DNA from: a candidate division WOR-3 bacterium
GTDB lineage: Bacteria > Hydrothermota > Tepidihabitantia > Tepidihabitantales > Tepidihabitantaceae
Direction: 5' to 3'
Assembly: GCA_965648935.1 (NCBI GenBank)
Contig: CBFGIY010000027.1
Span: forward strand, 1 to 27,704
DNA length: 27,704 nucleotides
Part shown: positions 7,591 through 16,915 of the stretch, piece after piece
How positions within the stretch are numbered: the first letter of the stretch is position 1
Layout: each line of letters opens with the position of its first letter
Position numbers and translations under genes: made by a program
Notes under the pieces: generated by a model
Databases searched by the model: none
Told to the model about the DNA's origin: nothing
The model's input: only the letters and a program-made list of their open reading frames with translations

Positions 7591-8996
7591 CGCATCGCGT
7601 CCACGTACTTGACGACCAAGATCATCCCGGGGGTAGCAACCCAGAGCAGTCCAGACTCCGCATGGAGCGCGGTCACCGGGCCGCTAGGAATGTCCACTTT
7701 GCGGTCCCAGAATGTCCAGCCGCCAGCACTGAGATTCCGGACACCGATACCGTCCGGCATATCGAAGAACAGCACCGCCGAGTCGGCGGTCACGGTACGG
7801 ATTGGCCACGACAGCCGAACGCCGGGCGGTATCAGTCTGTGCCAGAAGCCGATCGAATCGCGCAACACCAAGCCGCCCAAAGTCGCGAACTAGACTGAAC
7901 CGTCAGCGGCAAGGGCGATGTCGTAGACGCCCCAATCCGTACGGCCAGTTGGGTCGACGACGGAGGTGAGCGAATCATCACACCACATCAGGAGACCTTT
8001 GTCTGAGCCGATGAGTAGTGTATCGTTGACGTGCAGAGGCCCGATAGCTTTGAGGCCGGTGGGCGCCAGCGAACGCTGATCGACCGTCGTTCCAAGGCTG
8101 AACAGAGCAAGGTCCGTTACCACGTAAGAACGTCCTGACTCAATCAGTACGTCACGCAGACCCTGCAGCACAGGACCATCTGGCAGGAGACTCAGCAGGA
8201 CGTGGGGACAGAGGCAGACCCGGGGCGAGGCGCCATCTCTGCCAGTTCGCAGGACTATCGATGAACGTGATGCGGTCGCCCGCCTCCAGCAGTACAAGCC
8301 GGTTGTCGACACGACGTACCTTTCGTACAACACCGGTAGGGCCGAGCCGAATCTGGTTCTCAAGCAGCCCGTGGCAAGTCCGTACACAAGTGCACCATAT
8401 CGAGGGACAGCGACGAACAGCCGCCGGTGCCGCGAGTCGCGTTGCGCGAGACCGAAATTATGAACAAAGAGCTGTTCGTCGACGAAGTGATACGGCGTCA
8501 AAAAGACGTACTGAGTGGAGTCGCCGGTGTCAGGCCCGCCCTGCCATTGCAGGTCACGTGGCATGGTGTCGACGCGCTCGAACACATCCATGGCGGTGTG
8601 CTTGCGAAACAGGCCACGATAGGTATCGAAGTACGCTCCGTTTCGGCCTGTTCCTGTGGATCGAACACGGCTGAAGGGTGGATGAAGGGTCATAAGCAGA
8701 CCGCTGCCAGGCAGGTAGCAATTGAGGCTTCCGCAGCACGAAACGATGAGTTCCGCCCTGGCCGCGTTCCAGGCGATGAGCTCTATGCCATCCCCCAAAC
8801 CGTCAGTATAGGTCAGACAGCGGCGGTAACTCAAGCTGAGGCCGTCGAGGATATAGACGCCGAGTGGTACTGCTATGAAGACCTCGTCCGGCGAAACTGC
8901 CACCGCGCGGACCTCGCTCATTGACGGGTGGTGTCGCCATTGTTCAATGCGTAGCGACACCGGCAGCAGTTGGATCAAAATCAAGCCAAGCGCCAT
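7587..8996 (-). pseudogene. Secreted beta-propeller protein (two-component-regulator propeller-like) disrupted by an in-frame TAG and an apparent compensated frameshift pair, or sequencing errors
   Basis: ORFs 7890..8996 and 7587..7880 share a frame. The junction reads VYDIALAADGSV*FATLGGL, where propeller blades have DGxxWFAT, so TGG>TAG at 7890-7892. Between about 8367 and 8200 the alternative frame looks far more protein-like. Blade-like motifs: TYTDGLGDG, LLIGSDKGL, LLWVATPG. Confidence 0.7.
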
Positions 8997-9004
8997 CGGA
9001 GTCG

Positions 9005-10552
9005 CTAGTCGCTATGTATCACTGAATTGAACGCCTGCGGCAAGTGAACGACAATGTCACTTGCCGTCAGGCAATACTCAGTCAGAGGGACAGCGGCGAT
9101 ATCTGCAGCTCGACCATGCAGAAACGCGGCCGAAGCCGCAGCCTCGGTGGTGGAGCATCCTTGGGCGATGAGTCCAGCGACCAAGCCCGTAAGCACATCA
9201 CCGGACCCGCCGGTGGCGAGTCCGCTATTGCCGGTCGGATTGATTCGGACAACGCCGTCAGGACTTGCTGTAACACTGGACGCCCCCTTCAGGAGCAGAG
9301 TGCAACCGTACAGCCGTGCGAAGCGCTGCGCGACCGGTGCCCGCGCAGCGTCAATAGCGTCAACACAATCTCCCGTGAGTCGCGAGAACTCACCAGGATG
9401 CGGGGTCAGTACTGTCGCCTCCAATCTTTGTCGAATCAGACCTGGTTCACTTGCGAGGCAGTTGATTCCATCTGCATCAATTACTAGAGGTGTGGAGATA
9501 GCGCCGATGAGCTCACGAATCAACAGCACGGTATCAGGATGCGTGCCAATGCCTGGTCCGAGCGCCACACAGTCGGCCGACGCTGCCAGTGTGAGCAGCT
9601 GCTCAAGCGCGGCCATAGTAAGACGCCCCGTACCGTCATCCGGCAGAGGATGCTTGACTGACTCCACATGACCAACCTCGACCGGCAGGGCTGACGACTC
9701 AGGCACCGCGACCCTGACGAGCCCGACGCCAGAACGAAGAGCCGCAGACGCCGCTAGGACCGCCGCACCCGTCATGCCCCTTGACCCAGCAATCAGAAGT
9801 GCACTACCAAAGGTCCCCTTGTGGCCGTCAGGCCTCCGTGCCGGTAACCACCGTCGCACATCAGCGTCCTCCACGAGAAAGAAGTCAGTTGCTTCATCAA
9901 ACGCATCGGGAGGGAGTCCTATGTCGACAACGATGACGTGGCCGGCAAAGGCACGAGCCGGGTACAGCCAGAGTCCCAGCTTGTCATAACCCATTGTCAC
10001 CGTTAGTTCAGCGCACACCGACGGATCGTGTGCCCGACCGGTAGTGGCGTCGACCCCCGATGGCATGTCAACGCTCACAACCCGGCAATGCGCATCATTC
10101 AAGACGCGAATCACGGCGGCTAGCATCCCACGAGGCGCTTGGGACAACCCCGTTCCCAGTAGGGCATCGACAACGACCGGACGCTCTGACAGAAGCGGAT
10201 GCAGCTGAACAGCGTCATGCATCTCGAAGAGCGCGAGACCTGACTCAGCCAGCCGGTGCGCATTGGTGCGAGAGTCGCCCTTCAAGTCAGCAGCCCTGCC
10301 AACGAGTACGGCCGTGACCGGAACGCCAGACTCCTTCAGCCGGCGAGCGATGACAAGTCCATCACCACCGTTATTGCCACAGCCGCAGAGTACAAGCACT
10401 GGCAGATCCCTGCGGGCGAGTCCACGCTCCTGCATCACTCGCGCTGCGGCAGCGCCCGCGTTCTCCATCAGCTCTATGCCGGCGAGACCGTATTCAGTCA
10501 TTGCCCGCTGGTCCGCCCGGCGTACCTGTTCGGCCGTCAGTAGCGGTCTCAA
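9005..10552 (-). CDS. nnr: Bifunctional NAD(P)H-hydrate epimerase/dehydratase (YjeF/Nnr)
   Basis: ELMENAG, GCGNNGGDG, VVDALLGTG, SVDMPSG, HKGTFG, GPGIG, VIDADG, LTPHPGEF, LLKG, GLATGGSGDVLTG. TTG start. Confidence 0.95.
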   Translation of the reverse strand: MRPLLTAEQVRRADQRAMTEYGLAGIELMENAGAAAARVMQERGLARRDLPVLVLCGCGNNGGDGLVIARRLKESGVPVTAVLVGRAADLKGDSRTNAHRLAESGLALFEMHDAVQLHPLLSERPVVVDALLGTGLSQAPRGMLAAVIRVLNDAHCRVVSVDMPSGVDATTGRAHDPSVCAELTVTMGYDKLGLWLYPARAFAGHVIVVDIGLPPDAFDEATDFFLVEDADVRRWLPARRPDGHKGTFGSALLIAGSRGMTGAAVLAASAALRSGVGLVRVAVPESSALPVEVGHVESVKHPLPDDGTGRLTMAALEQLLTLAASADCVALGPGIGTHPDTVLLIRELIGAISTPLVIDADGINCLASEPGLIRQRLEATVLTPHPGEFSRLTGDCVDAIDAARAPVAQRFARLYGCTLLLKGASSVTASPDGVVRINPTGNSGLATGGSGDVLTGLVAGLIAQGCSTTEAAASAAFLHGRAADIAAVPLTEYCLTASDIVVHLPQAFNSVIHSD

Positions 10553-10560
10553 GATGGTCG

Positions 10561-10588
10561 ATTATAGGCGTTCATACGGACCGGTCAA
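10561..10588 (-). promoter_or_regulatory. sigma70-type promoter for the nnr operon, (near-)leaderless
   Basis: Minus strand TTGACC, 16 nt, TATAAT, then 8 nt, then TTG 10552. No SD. Confidence 0.7.
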
Positions 10589-10644
10589 CCTGCCGAGACG
10601 CGGCTGCATCAGCCGACTTCGACAACGTAACTGGCGATGAGTGT

Positions 10645-10672
10645 TTGACAACCGTCTGGCACTATCTATAAT
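10645..10672 (+). promoter_or_regulatory. sigma70 promoter with perfect hexamers for the HDAC/polysaccharide operon
   Basis: TTGACA (10645-10650), 16 nt, TATAAT (10667-10672). GAGGTG SD-like motifs lie just upstream of ATG 10736. Confidence 0.75.
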
Positions 10673-10735
10673 CGTTCGCCGCGGCAGACGTGCCGGATGC
10701 GCATCTCCGCGGCAAGGGCTTCGAAAGGTGAGGTG

Positions 10736-11710
10736 ATGAAGTTCGTCTATTCTACACGTTATCGTCTGGACATCGGCGCGCACGTCTTTCCGACCGAGAA
10801 GTACGGTCTCGTGGCTGATCGACTCCTGTCCAGCGGATTGGCTCTGCCCGAAGACATGCTGGAGCCGCCCGAGCCGAAGCTCGACGATGTGCGCCTTGTC
10901 CACACCAGGGAGTATGTCGATGACATGCTGAATCTTCGCTGGACTCAGCGTACGGTCAAGTCAGAACTGCCGCTTACCTGGGAAATTGTCAATGGATTCA
11001 TGCTGTTCGCTTCAGGCACCGTTCTGACTTGCGCACGGGCTTTGGATGAAGGTGTTTGCATGCACATCGGCGGCGGGTTCCATCACGCCTTCGCAGATCA
11101 CGGTGAGGGATTCTGCTACGTCAATGATATTGCTGTCGGCATAAGACGAATGCAGCTTGACGGCCGCATCGAGCGTGCAGCGGTAGTCGACTGCGACCTG
11201 CACCAAGGGAACGGCACTGCCCGCATCTTTCAGGGCGATCAGTCTGTGTTCACGTTCTCAATCCACCAGGAACACCTATACCCCTTGAAGGAGCAGTCCG
11301 ATTGGGACATTGGGCTGCCCGACGAAACCGGTGACGACATCTACATTCAGCATATGCAGGAGGTCGTCCCGGCGATACTCGAACGCCACAACCCGCAGCT
11401 GGTGGTTTATGTTGCGGGCGCAGACCCGTTCAAGTACGACCAACTCGGTTCGTTGCGTCTCACGAAACGTGGGCTGGCTCTACGTGATCGTCTTGTCATC
11501 GAACCCTGTCGCAAGCGCGGCATTTCTGTCGCGGTAGTGACGGCGGGAGGATACGCACTCGACACAGCAGATACCGCTGAGATTCACTACAACACTGCGC
11601 GAGAGTGCCTGCGCGCCCTCGGTCAGCTCAGGACCACCGCCCCATTGCAGCCTCCGTCAGATGAGCCGGAGGCCGGGTCTTCTGAGAGGACGAGGCCGGC
11701 CGACCACTAG
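10736..11710 (+). CDS. Histone deacetylase-family (Zn-dependent acetyl-lysine/amide) deacetylase
   Basis: HVFPTEKY, GGGFHHA, GEGFCYVND, DCDLHQGNG, GADPFKYDQLG, AGGY; all catalytic and metal residues are present. Start placed at MKFVYS. Confidence 0.9.
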   Translation: MKFVYSTRYRLDIGAHVFPTEKYGLVADRLLSSGLALPEDMLEPPEPKLDDVRLVHTREYVDDMLNLRWTQRTVKSELPLTWEIVNGFMLFASGTVLTCARALDEGVCMHIGGGFHHAFADHGEGFCYVNDIAVGIRRMQLDGRIERAAVVDCDLHQGNGTARIFQGDQSVFTFSIHQEHLYPLKEQSDWDIGLPDETGDDIYIQHMQEVVPAILERHNPQLVVYVAGADPFKYDQLGSLRLTKRGLALRDRLVIEPCRKRGISVAVVTAGGYALDTADTAEIHYNTARECLRALGQLRTTAPLQPPSDEPEAGSSERTRPADH

Positions 11711-11724
11711 CGTTACCACCCCCA

Positions 11725-12852
11725 ATGCGGGTGTGTCTGGCAAGTGGTTCGCACCCGGTTGATTACACACGGTTTCTCGACCGCGAGGCGGCGTCTCTGG
11801 CCCGTGCCGGTCACCTTGTTCGGCTGATCGGGCTCAAGTCCAAGCGCATGCGAAGCCTACCGACCGGGATTTGTGCGCTGACTGTCCGTGAGCGCAAGCT
11901 CTTTGCCAAAAATTATGTCTTTCGTGAGATAGAGCGAGTTGCGGCCGGATCGAAACCGCACGTCTTTCACAGCACGGACCCGTGGTCGCTGGCTGCCGGC
12001 CTCGAGCTCAAGCGTAAGCGGCTGTGCCGCTATCTGATCTACGACTCAACCGAGGACTTCCCGGCCGTGTACAAGGCCCGTGCTGACCTCGGCGCGACGT
12101 TTGCGACGCTGGCCTCATTCGTCGTCAGCGGGCTTGAGCGACGTGCCTGCAGGCTGGCTGATGCAATCATTGAAACCAACGCGACGCGGGCGCAGCGATT
12201 CCTGAAGCACGGCCGCACACCATACGTTGTCGGGAACTTCCCACCGCTGGAGGTCCTTCCGCCCCAACAGCTGCGGAGGAAACCAATCTTCGCATGGACT
12301 GGCCCCATAACACGGCACCGCGGCTTCCTAGTAGCGTTGGACGCAATCGCCGCAGCAAGGCGGCGTTTCCCGGATGCCGGGCTGAAGGTAATCGGCGACC
12401 ATGATCCGCGCGACGACATCCGTCACGCGATCAGGAATTCGATGCAGCAACATCGTCTGGATGGAGCTATCCACTTCTGCGGGACCGTTGGCTACCACAC
12501 GATGTTCCGGGAGATCTCTGAGTGCGTTGCCGGCCTGATACTGTTTCAGCCAACGCGCCCCAACGACAGGACGGGCCAACCCAATAAGCTCTTCGAGTTC
12601 ATGGGTGCTGGCTTGGCGGTGATCGGCAGCGATCTGCCTCAGATCGGACCAGTACTGAGACACGAGCGCTGCGGCGTTGCCGTCGATCCTTTGGACCGCG
12701 ATGCCATTGCCGAAGCGATGTGCTTGATCCTCGAGGACCCAAGAGAAGCTGTTGAAATGGGCAGCCGAGGCCGGACCGCTGTGATCCGCGAGTACAATTG
12801 GGGAGAGGCAGAGCGCGTCCTGCTAAGCGCTTACTCGAGGCTCGGTTGCTGA
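11725..12852 (+). CDS. Glycosyltransferase family 4 (GT-B)
   Basis: HPVDYTRFLDREAASL, IYDSTEDFP, GPITRHRG, PNKLFEFMGAGLAVIGSD, YNW. Confidence 0.85.
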   Translation: MRVCLASGSHPVDYTRFLDREAASLARAGHLVRLIGLKSKRMRSLPTGICALTVRERKLFAKNYVFREIERVAAGSKPHVFHSTDPWSLAAGLELKRKRLCRYLIYDSTEDFPAVYKARADLGATFATLASFVVSGLERRACRLADAIIETNATRAQRFLKHGRTPYVVGNFPPLEVLPPQQLRRKPIFAWTGPITRHRGFLVALDAIAAARRRFPDAGLKVIGDHDPRDDIRHAIRNSMQQHRLDGAIHFCGTVGYHTMFREISECVAGLILFQPTRPNDRTGQPNKLFEFMGAGLAVIGSDLPQIGPVLRHERCGVAVDPLDRDAIAEAMCLILEDPREAVEMGSRGRTAVIREYNWGEAERVLLSAYSRLGC

Positions 12853-14246
12853 GAAGGCCGTTTCGTAACGCCCTTGTTCTGTTGGGAAGCGAAGGCGTGA
12901 CACGACTGCTCGGATTTGCGACTACTGCCATCCTGGCCCGAAGACTGGGTGTGGAGACGTTCGGTCAGCTAGGATTCGCAACTGCCATGCTTGCCTACGG
13001 AGTGGCACTGAGCGACTTCGGTCTGGTCACAACCAGCACGCGCCGGATGGCCGAAGCAGGCCCCCACGTTGTATCAACGGCGAGGAGCCTGTTGGGGGTT
13101 CGAGCGGTTGCTGGGTTTGTGGCCGCCGCCCTGCTTGCCACAGCCACGCTTTTCCTGCCGAAACCGCCAATTGTCCGTCTGCTGGTCGCCACGTATGCTG
13201 CAGTCACGCTGGTGCAGTCACTGACCATTGAGTGGCTATTCGTGGGTCTTGAGAAGACCGGGCGAGTAGCTTTGTCGCGCTTGCTGACCACGGTCAGCTA
13301 CTTCGGCCTGTGCCTCTTCTTCGTCAAGGGCCCGGCCAATCTGCTTGCCGTGCCGGTTAGTTTCGCTACCGCGACAGCACTCGGCGCGATGCTTCTGGCC
13401 ATCGGGGCAGCCCGCGATATGTCTGCCAGAATCCTGGTGCCTTCCATGCACGACTGGCGTGGCATACTGCGCTCAAGCTGGCCAGTTGGCCTGGCCGGCT
13501 TTCTGACCATGGCACACGTCAACTGCGGAATGACCTTCCTGGCACTGATGACCTCTGACCGCGAGGCCGGCCTTTTCGCCGGAGCCAGCAAACTTGTGTT
13601 TGTCTTTCTTGCCGTCGATCGTGTCTTCTATACTGTCTTCCTGCCTGTGGTTGCGCGCGCACTGCAGGGAACACGCGAGAACGCTGCTCGGGTTGTTGGG
13701 GCAGCCGTTCGGATCGCACTGGCGGTCGGGATTCCGATCTTCATCTCGGTCTGTGTGCTCGCAGCACCATTGCTGTCGGCCGTTATGGGCGGCGGCTATG
13801 CGGGCGGTGCTTTGAGTCTGCGCGTGCTGTCGCTCTTCATCCCTCTAACCATGGTCAACAGCGTCTTCGGGTACACCGTCATCGCCGGCTCCAAGGAGAG
13901 GACCTTCCTCTTAGTGTCGGGAATCGCCGCGCTTGTCTCGGTCGCGTCCAGCCTTGTTCTGACCACGGTTCTTGGCGGAATCGGGGCTGCCGTCGCACTA
14001 GTCTGCGGCGAGGCATTGATGCTGGTCATCATGGCTATTGCCTGCACGCGGGTTGTGAGAATCGTATTGGGTCTGCGGGTTCTCTCGCCTCTTCTTGCCG
14101 GAGCGATGATGGCACTGCCGCTGATGCTGTTGCGTTCTTCACCGCTGGCCGGACTGCTGACCGGCGGCCTCGTCTATCTCGGTGTCCTGCTTGCTACGGG
14201 CGGAGTGAGACCCGCGGAACTCGTCCGCGTGGGGGAGAGCCGTTGA
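12846..14246 (+). CDS. wzx: Wzx/PST-family oligosaccharide flippase
   Basis: About 14 TM segments, LARRLGVETFGQL, SDFGL, EWLFVGLEK, EAGLFAGASKL, GGIGAAVA. TTG 12846 preferred over 12798. Confidence 0.85.
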   Translation: MLRRPFRNALVLLGSEGVTRLLGFATTAILARRLGVETFGQLGFATAMLAYGVALSDFGLVTTSTRRMAEAGPHVVSTARSLLGVRAVAGFVAAALLATATLFLPKPPIVRLLVATYAAVTLVQSLTIEWLFVGLEKTGRVALSRLLTTVSYFGLCLFFVKGPANLLAVPVSFATATALGAMLLAIGAARDMSARILVPSMHDWRGILRSSWPVGLAGFLTMAHVNCGMTFLALMTSDREAGLFAGASKLVFVFLAVDRVFYTVFLPVVARALQGTRENAARVVGAAVRIALAVGIPIFISVCVLAAPLLSAVMGGGYAGGALSLRVLSLFIPLTMVNSVFGYTVIAGSKERTFLLVSGIAALVSVASSLVLTTVLGGIGAAVALVCGEALMLVIMAIACTRVVRIVLGLRVLSPLLAGAMMALPLMLLRSSPLAGLLTGGLVYLGVLLATGGVRPAELVRVGESR

Positions 14247-15802
14247 TCGCTCTACTGCGCGGGACTCCCCTGTGGCGCATCTTGCTCAATCAGGAGGGTG
14301 TGCCAGTTTGTGAGCCCGGATCGGCAGACACTCGGACTCTTGTGCTCGATTGTGAGCCGTCAGGACATGAACTCAAGCTGCTTGATCGTCACATTGCATC
14401 AGGCAGAGCGGTGCTTGCCGGACCTGATTCGGTTGCTGCCCTGCTCGGTCACGGCAAGACCCGCAGGGTCTACGCCCGATACATCGCTCCAGATTCATCC
14501 CCCTTCTTCGACGGTATCGGACTGATTGACCTAGACGAATGGATAAGCCCGACGACCAACGCAAGTGCAGGGATGTCTGACTGCGACACGCGCGTCGTAC
14601 ACTCAGGGAGCATCGGCAAGGCCCCGGTGGTCATACTGCCCTTCGAACTTGGGAGGCTGCTGAGCGTCTGCAAGACCGCTGTTCGGCGTTTCCGCGTGGA
14701 ATCAAGACACCAGCCGTCAGAGTTCGTAAGCGCCATCCCCAGGGGAGAAGTGCGCAGGTTGATCGCGAATTGCCTGCGCTACCTGCATGCCAAGATCGGG
14801 GCGCCTTATGTGCGGCTCTCGCCTTTTCCGCCCGGCCTGCAGGGGCTTGCGGCCATGAGAATCGATACGGACGCAGCCACCCCTGCTGACTTCCGGCTGA
14901 CCGCCAAGGTGGCGTCCGCCCTGGGGGATCGGCTCTCCTGGTTCATTAATGCTTCCTCGCCCGATCTTGATCGGAGTCTGCTTGGTCAGTTGGCCAGCGA
15001 CGGGCACGAACTGCAACTTCATTGCTATCGGCACCGCGTCTGGCCGGACTACAGACGTTCACTGGCCGATATCGCCGCGGGGCTGAAAAGGCTCAGCGAG
15101 CTTGGCGTTAGTGCGTCAGGGTATGCTGCGCCCTACGGCGAGTGGAACGCGCGGCTACAGCGCGCGATCGCTGACTCAGGACTGCTTTTCTCCTCGGAGT
15201 TTGCCTGGTCTTACGACGATCTGCCGTCGCGACCTCTTCTCGCTGGCACCGCAAGCGGATCGTTGCAGGTGCCTGTCCATCCGGTCTGTTCTGGGTCCTT
15301 GAGACGCGCTCGCATCGAGGACGTAAATGTGCGCTCCTATTTCGCCAGCTTGTCTGTTCACCGGTGGAGCAGACGGGAACCCTGCTTTCTGTACGAACAC
15401 CCAGTCCGCGATGCATACGAGGCCGACCGATTCAGTGCCACTCTATCGACGCTGAGGTCAACCTGCGGCCTTCTCACCACTATGGGTGACTACGCACGAT
15501 GGTGGTGCACTCGCGAGTCGGTGAAGTACTCAATCAGATGTGCATCCAACCGGTTTCAGGTCGGCGTGCAGCGCTGCAATGGCGACTTCGACCTTCTGGT
15601 TGAGTTTGACGGACGCGAGTCATGGGTCCGGCTCTCGGGTGGGGAGATACCATACAGCGATATGTCGTGGCTGAATCTTCCCCGCATTCCCCCGGCCCCT
15701 CGCCCCGGACCGGAGGTGCGGCGTGGCGACCGCATTGCAGCACTGCGCAGCCTGCGGCAATCGCTAACCCGTGGCTTGCAGAAACGGCGTGACCGACTAT
15801 AG
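14243..15802 (+). CDS. Polysaccharide deacetylase (CE4/NodB-like) domain protein with uncharacterised N-terminal domain
   Basis: MRIDTD, GHELQLHCYRH, GYAAPYGEW, FSSEF, FLYEHP. TTGA overlap with the flippase stop. Confidence 0.7.
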   Translation: MIALLRGTPLWRILLNQEGVPVCEPGSADTRTLVLDCEPSGHELKLLDRHIASGRAVLAGPDSVAALLGHGKTRRVYARYIAPDSSPFFDGIGLIDLDEWISPTTNASAGMSDCDTRVVHSGSIGKAPVVILPFELGRLLSVCKTAVRRFRVESRHQPSEFVSAIPRGEVRRLIANCLRYLHAKIGAPYVRLSPFPPGLQGLAAMRIDTDAATPADFRLTAKVASALGDRLSWFINASSPDLDRSLLGQLASDGHELQLHCYRHRVWPDYRRSLADIAAGLKRLSELGVSASGYAAPYGEWNARLQRAIADSGLLFSSEFAWSYDDLPSRPLLAGTASGSLQVPVHPVCSGSLRRARIEDVNVRSYFASLSVHRWSRREPCFLYEHPVRDAYEADRFSATLSTLRSTCGLLTTMGDYARWWCTRESVKYSIRCASNRFQVGVQRCNGDFDLLVEFDGRESWVRLSGGEIPYSDMSWLNLPRIPPAPRPGPEVRRGDRIAALRSLRQSLTRGLQKRRDRL

Positions 15803-15810
15803 TCAGCACC

Positions 15811-16842
15811 ATGAAGATTCTGATGGGCACCTTTTCGGCAGTTTCGGTACTCGGCGGCGGCGTCGAGGTGCAGGTCAGGTCGCTTCAGAGGGAGCTCTTA
15901 GCACTGGGCGCTGATGCAGAGCTCTTCGACCCATGGAAGAAATACGACCTCCAAGAGGTAGACCTCTTTCATCTCTTCGGCGCTAACGTCGGAACCTATC
16001 ACCTCGGGCGTGCCGCCGCCAGCCTCGGCATGAAGCTGGTTGTGACTCCTGTGTTCTTCAGTCGTCATAGCCCACCTGCCGTGGCGCGCAGGCTGGCTGT
16101 TGCCAGACGCCTGCGCCGAGTAGGCGGCCTCTGGACTGAACACATGTTCTGCAAGGAGCTGTGCGACATGGCCCGGTCAGTTCTGCCAAACACTGAAGCT
16201 GAGCTGGAACTTGTACGAGACGCTCTCGCCTTGCCGCCCGGGAAGTTGGCACTTCTTCCGAATGGTGTGGATGAGCGTTATGCTGACGCTAGCCCGGACG
16301 AGTTCGTCGCGGCGTTCGGAGTCAGGGACTTCGTTCTTTATGTAGGACACATCGGCTGGGAGAGAAAGAACGTTCTACCTCTCGTTCGTATTCTGGCCGA
16401 GCTTGGCAAACCGGCCGTCCTCATCGGTTCGGTCATAGACAACCGCTACGGCAGGCATTGTCTGGAGATCATCAAGAGCGCGACGAATCTGCGGCACATC
16501 ACAGCTTTGCCTCCAGACTCAGCATTACTCGCATCAGCCTACGCCGCCTGCGACACGTTCGTTCTGCCGTCCTACTACGAGACGCCCGGACTCGCAGCCC
16601 TCGAGGCCGGACTTGCCGGCGCCAAACTCTGCGTTACCAGGTACGGGGGCACTGTCGAATACTTTGGAGAGCATGCGGAGTATCTTGACCCACACGACCC
16701 GCATTCCCTACGTAATGCTCTACTCGCATCACTCAGAAAGCAGAAGACGCCGGAGCTGCGCGAGCGCATTCGGTCCAAGTTTCTATGGCAGCACGCAGGG
16801 AAGAGGCTGTTGCGGCTCTACGAGGAGCTAGTGGGTCGCTAA
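15811..16842 (+). CDS. Glycosyltransferase family 4 (GT-B)
   Basis: GGGVEVQ, LPNGVD, VLYVGHI..RKN, FVLPSYYETPGLAALEAG, FLWQ. Confidence 0.9.
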   Translation: MKILMGTFSAVSVLGGGVEVQVRSLQRELLALGADAELFDPWKKYDLQEVDLFHLFGANVGTYHLGRAAASLGMKLVVTPVFFSRHSPPAVARRLAVARRLRRVGGLWTEHMFCKELCDMARSVLPNTEAELELVRDALALPPGKLALLPNGVDERYADASPDEFVAAFGVRDFVLYVGHIGWERKNVLPLVRILAELGKPAVLIGSVIDNRYGRHCLEIIKSATNLRHITALPPDSALLASAYAACDTFVLPSYYETPGLAALEAGLAGAKLCVTRYGGTVEYFGEHAEYLDPHDPHSLRNALLASLRKQKTPELRERIRSKFLWQHAGKRLLRLYEELVGR

Positions 16843-16843
16843 C

Positions 16844-16869
16844 GAAGCGCGGGCGCAAGCCCGCGCTTC
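16844..16869. terminator. Perfect 11-bp hairpin between convergent operons
   Basis: GAAGCGCGGGC-GCAA-GCCCGCGCTTC (GNRA loop) right after the GT4 stop. No strong U-tract on either side. Confidence 0.6.
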
Positions 16870-16915
16870 ACCGTGGCCCTTCGGGTTTACGTAATCTACA
16901 TTATCAGAACCAAGA

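Noticed and set aside
7890..7892. Genome-wide TAG recoding or pyrrolysine
   Set aside because: TAG ends nnr, the HDAC, the CE4-like gene, lptE and lptG at expected lengths, and the single case is one base from TGG at a Trp-type position.
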